The notes under the pieces: generated by a model
Told to the model about the DNA's origin: nothing
Seen by the model: the letters and a program-made list of their open reading frames with translations, nothing else
The model's database searches: none
Part shown: positions 62,591-64,000 of the stretch, one piece after another
Position numbering within the stretch: position 1 is the first letter of the stretch
How the letters are laid out: every line of letters begins with the position of its first letter
NCBI GenBank assembly: GCA_019057385.1
Contig: JAHQJS010000005.1
Location: 192,799 to 256,798, forward strand
DNA length: 64,000 bases
Direction: 5' to 3'
DNA from: Candidatus Borrarchaeum weybense
GTDB lineage: Archaea; Asgardarchaeota; Sifarchaeia; Borrarchaeales; Borrarchaeaceae
Position numbers and translations under genes: made by a program

Positions 62591-62788
62591 GGGTCCGTGG
62601 CCTAGCCAGGTTAGCAGCGCTTCAATGTGCTGACCGAGGGGCGCCGGCCTTATATGACCTCGTCCCATACAAAGCAGGCCTAAGATAGCCGGAGACTGCC
62701 TGTTTCTTGCTATTACCGGCAGCCGAAGATCGCGGGTTCGAATGTCTTGAGCAAATCGCTCATTTCGAAAAGCCCGCCGGACCCACCA
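62591..62788 (+). tRNA. tRNA with UAU (Ile) anticodon and 4 introns (21/22 62614-62638; 37/38 62655-62686; 45/46 62695-62728; 59/60 62743-62771)
   Basis: Spliced product GGGTCCGTGGCCTAGCCAGGTTAGGGCGCCGGCCTTATAAGCCGGAGATCGCGGGTTCGAAGCCCGCCGGACCCACCA. BHB helices AGGT/ACCG, CTTA/TAAG, CCGG/CCGA, TTCG/CGAA. Confidence 0.88.
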
Positions 62789-62874
62789 CTTTCTTCTTTT
62801 TAATGAATATTTTTATTCTCTATACTATCATTTTTCAAGAAACATTGAAAAGGTCATATTAAGAGGTAATGACC

Positions 62875-64000
62875 ATGTCCCCCTACAGGCAATTCGCAGA
62901 GGAATGCATTATACTTACACAGAAAACCCTTCAAGCTGTCTTTCCAGAACTATCAGTAACACTCAATCATGAAATTCCGGCTAAATTAGAGTTTGGAGAG
63001 TTGGCAGTTCCTGTTTTTCATATCGCAAAGAAAATAAACAAAAAACCCAAAGATCTTGCAGAAATTCTCATTGAAAATATCAACCCTTCAAATTCACGCT
63101 TCATAAAAGAAGTAGTAATAGGTGGAGCAGGCTATCTAAATTTCTTTGCAAATTATGATTCCTTTGCAAATCTCGTTATAAACTCAATAAGAACCCTGGA
63201 TACAAGTTATGGAAAAAGTGAAGCGAAGAAAAAGGAAAAAATTATAGTAGAATACTTGAGTCCAAATCCAAATTCTCCTTTGCATATCGGTCATGCACGA
63301 AATGCAATTCTAGGCAGTTCACTAGTCAAAGTTTTGCAAACACAATCTCATGATGTTTGTTCTCACATATATATCGATGATGTTGGTCGACAGGTTGCGA
63401 TATGTGTACAAGGTCTACGGATGGTAGATAGAGACACTCAGCCTTCAGACATGAAGTCAGACCAATTTGTAGGAACAATTTACACAATAACAAATGCACT
63501 TACTGAAATTCAGAAGGCAAAAAAGGAACAAAATGACTTAGCTGAATGGGAATCAATCGCAGAAGAATTAAAAAAAGCACAGCCTAGTATTTTCGACCAG
63601 ATTAGTAATAACTCAGAAAATATCGACTTAGATGCGGAAATATCGACCCTCATATCTCTTTATGAAAATCAAGATGAACAAACTGTTCAACTTTTCAGAA
63701 GTCTTGTTGATTTAGTTCTTGGAGGATTTAAGGAGACCTTCAAAACAATTGATATAGCTTTCGAAAGCTATGATTGGGAAAGTTCGTTCATCTGGGATGG
63801 AAGTGTTACAAAGATTTTAAACGAACTAAAAATGACACCTTTTGTTACAGAACTCGATGGTGCATTAGTCTTCGATTGTGAGAAAGCTGCAACTGAATTT
63901 AATATTAAAGAGAGTTTGGGGGTTAAAGAAACTCATGAAATTCCTCCTATGACTTTAATGAGATCTGATGGCACGACTCTTTATACAACACGGGATATAG
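62875..64000 (+). CDS. argS: arginine--tRNA ligase (partial, runs off the window end)
   Basis: FGELAVP, GYLNF, EYLSPNPNSPLHIGHARNAILG, YIDDVGRQ, RSDGTTLYTTRDI. Confidence 0.95.
   Translation, partial: MSPYRQFAEECIILTQKTLQAVFPELSVTLNHEIPAKLEFGELAVPVFHIAKKINKKPKDLAEILIENINPSNSRFIKEVVIGGAGYLNFFANYDSFANLVINSIRTLDTSYGKSEAKKKEKIIVEYLSPNPNSPLHIGHARNAILGSSLVKVLQTQSHDVCSHIYIDDVGRQVAICVQGLRMVDRDTQPSDMKSDQFVGTIYTITNALTEIQKAKKEQNDLAEWESIAEELKKAQPSIFDQISNNSENIDLDAEISTLISLYENQDEQTVQLFRSLVDLVLGGFKETFKTIDIAFESYDWESSFIWDGSVTKILNELKMTPFVTELDGALVFDCEKAATEFNIKESLGVKETHEIPPMTLMRSDGTTLYTTRDI

Noticed and set aside
62651-62653. Reassignment of AUA to Arg, or the UAU tRNA acting as an initiator
   Set aside because: ATA occurs at conserved Ile positions (RpoA' FGHIEL), A20 is lost, and initiator hallmarks are absent.
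62651-62690. Alternative splicing giving a UCU anticodon using CTAA inside the intron
   Set aside because: It would need an extra intron of a few nucleotides with no BHB, whereas the 37/38 central helix is perfect.
1-64000. CRISPR array, rRNA, Sec/Pyl recoding
   Set aside because: No regularly spaced repeats, no rRNA-like stretch, and no in-frame stop within a conserved gene was seen.

Overview
AT-rich archaeal chromosomal segment. It is probably from an Asgard-group or close TACK lineage; this is inferred from unsplit rpoB, split rpoA'/rpoA'', L30e/L44e, EF-1alpha with no adjacent EF-2, and RING/C2H2/Pro-rich proteins. It carries the RNA polymerase-S12-S7-EF1A-S10 cluster, with one LAGLIDADG intein in each of the three large RNAP subunits. 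Housekeeping genes include rpiA, PINA, an EndA subunit, mtnA, truA, mobB, pyrI/B, LonB, alaS, ileS and a partial argS, plus a corrinoid/MtaA pair. Six tRNA genes together hold 15 BHB-type introns, only 2 of them at the canonical 37/38 site. The most striking item is a four-intron tRNA gene between ileS and argS: it has a UAU (Ile) anticodon on a body almost identical to this genome's tRNA-Arg genes, and it has lost the Arg determinant A20. Also notable are an ORF-less IS200/IS605-type element enclosing about 370 nt of densely structured RNA with several miniature relatives, an orphan structured RNA with its own promoter ahead of a decayed IS110-like transposase start, and essential genes that appear to start at ATA or CTG. 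All alignments and folds were done by eye and need computational confirmation.
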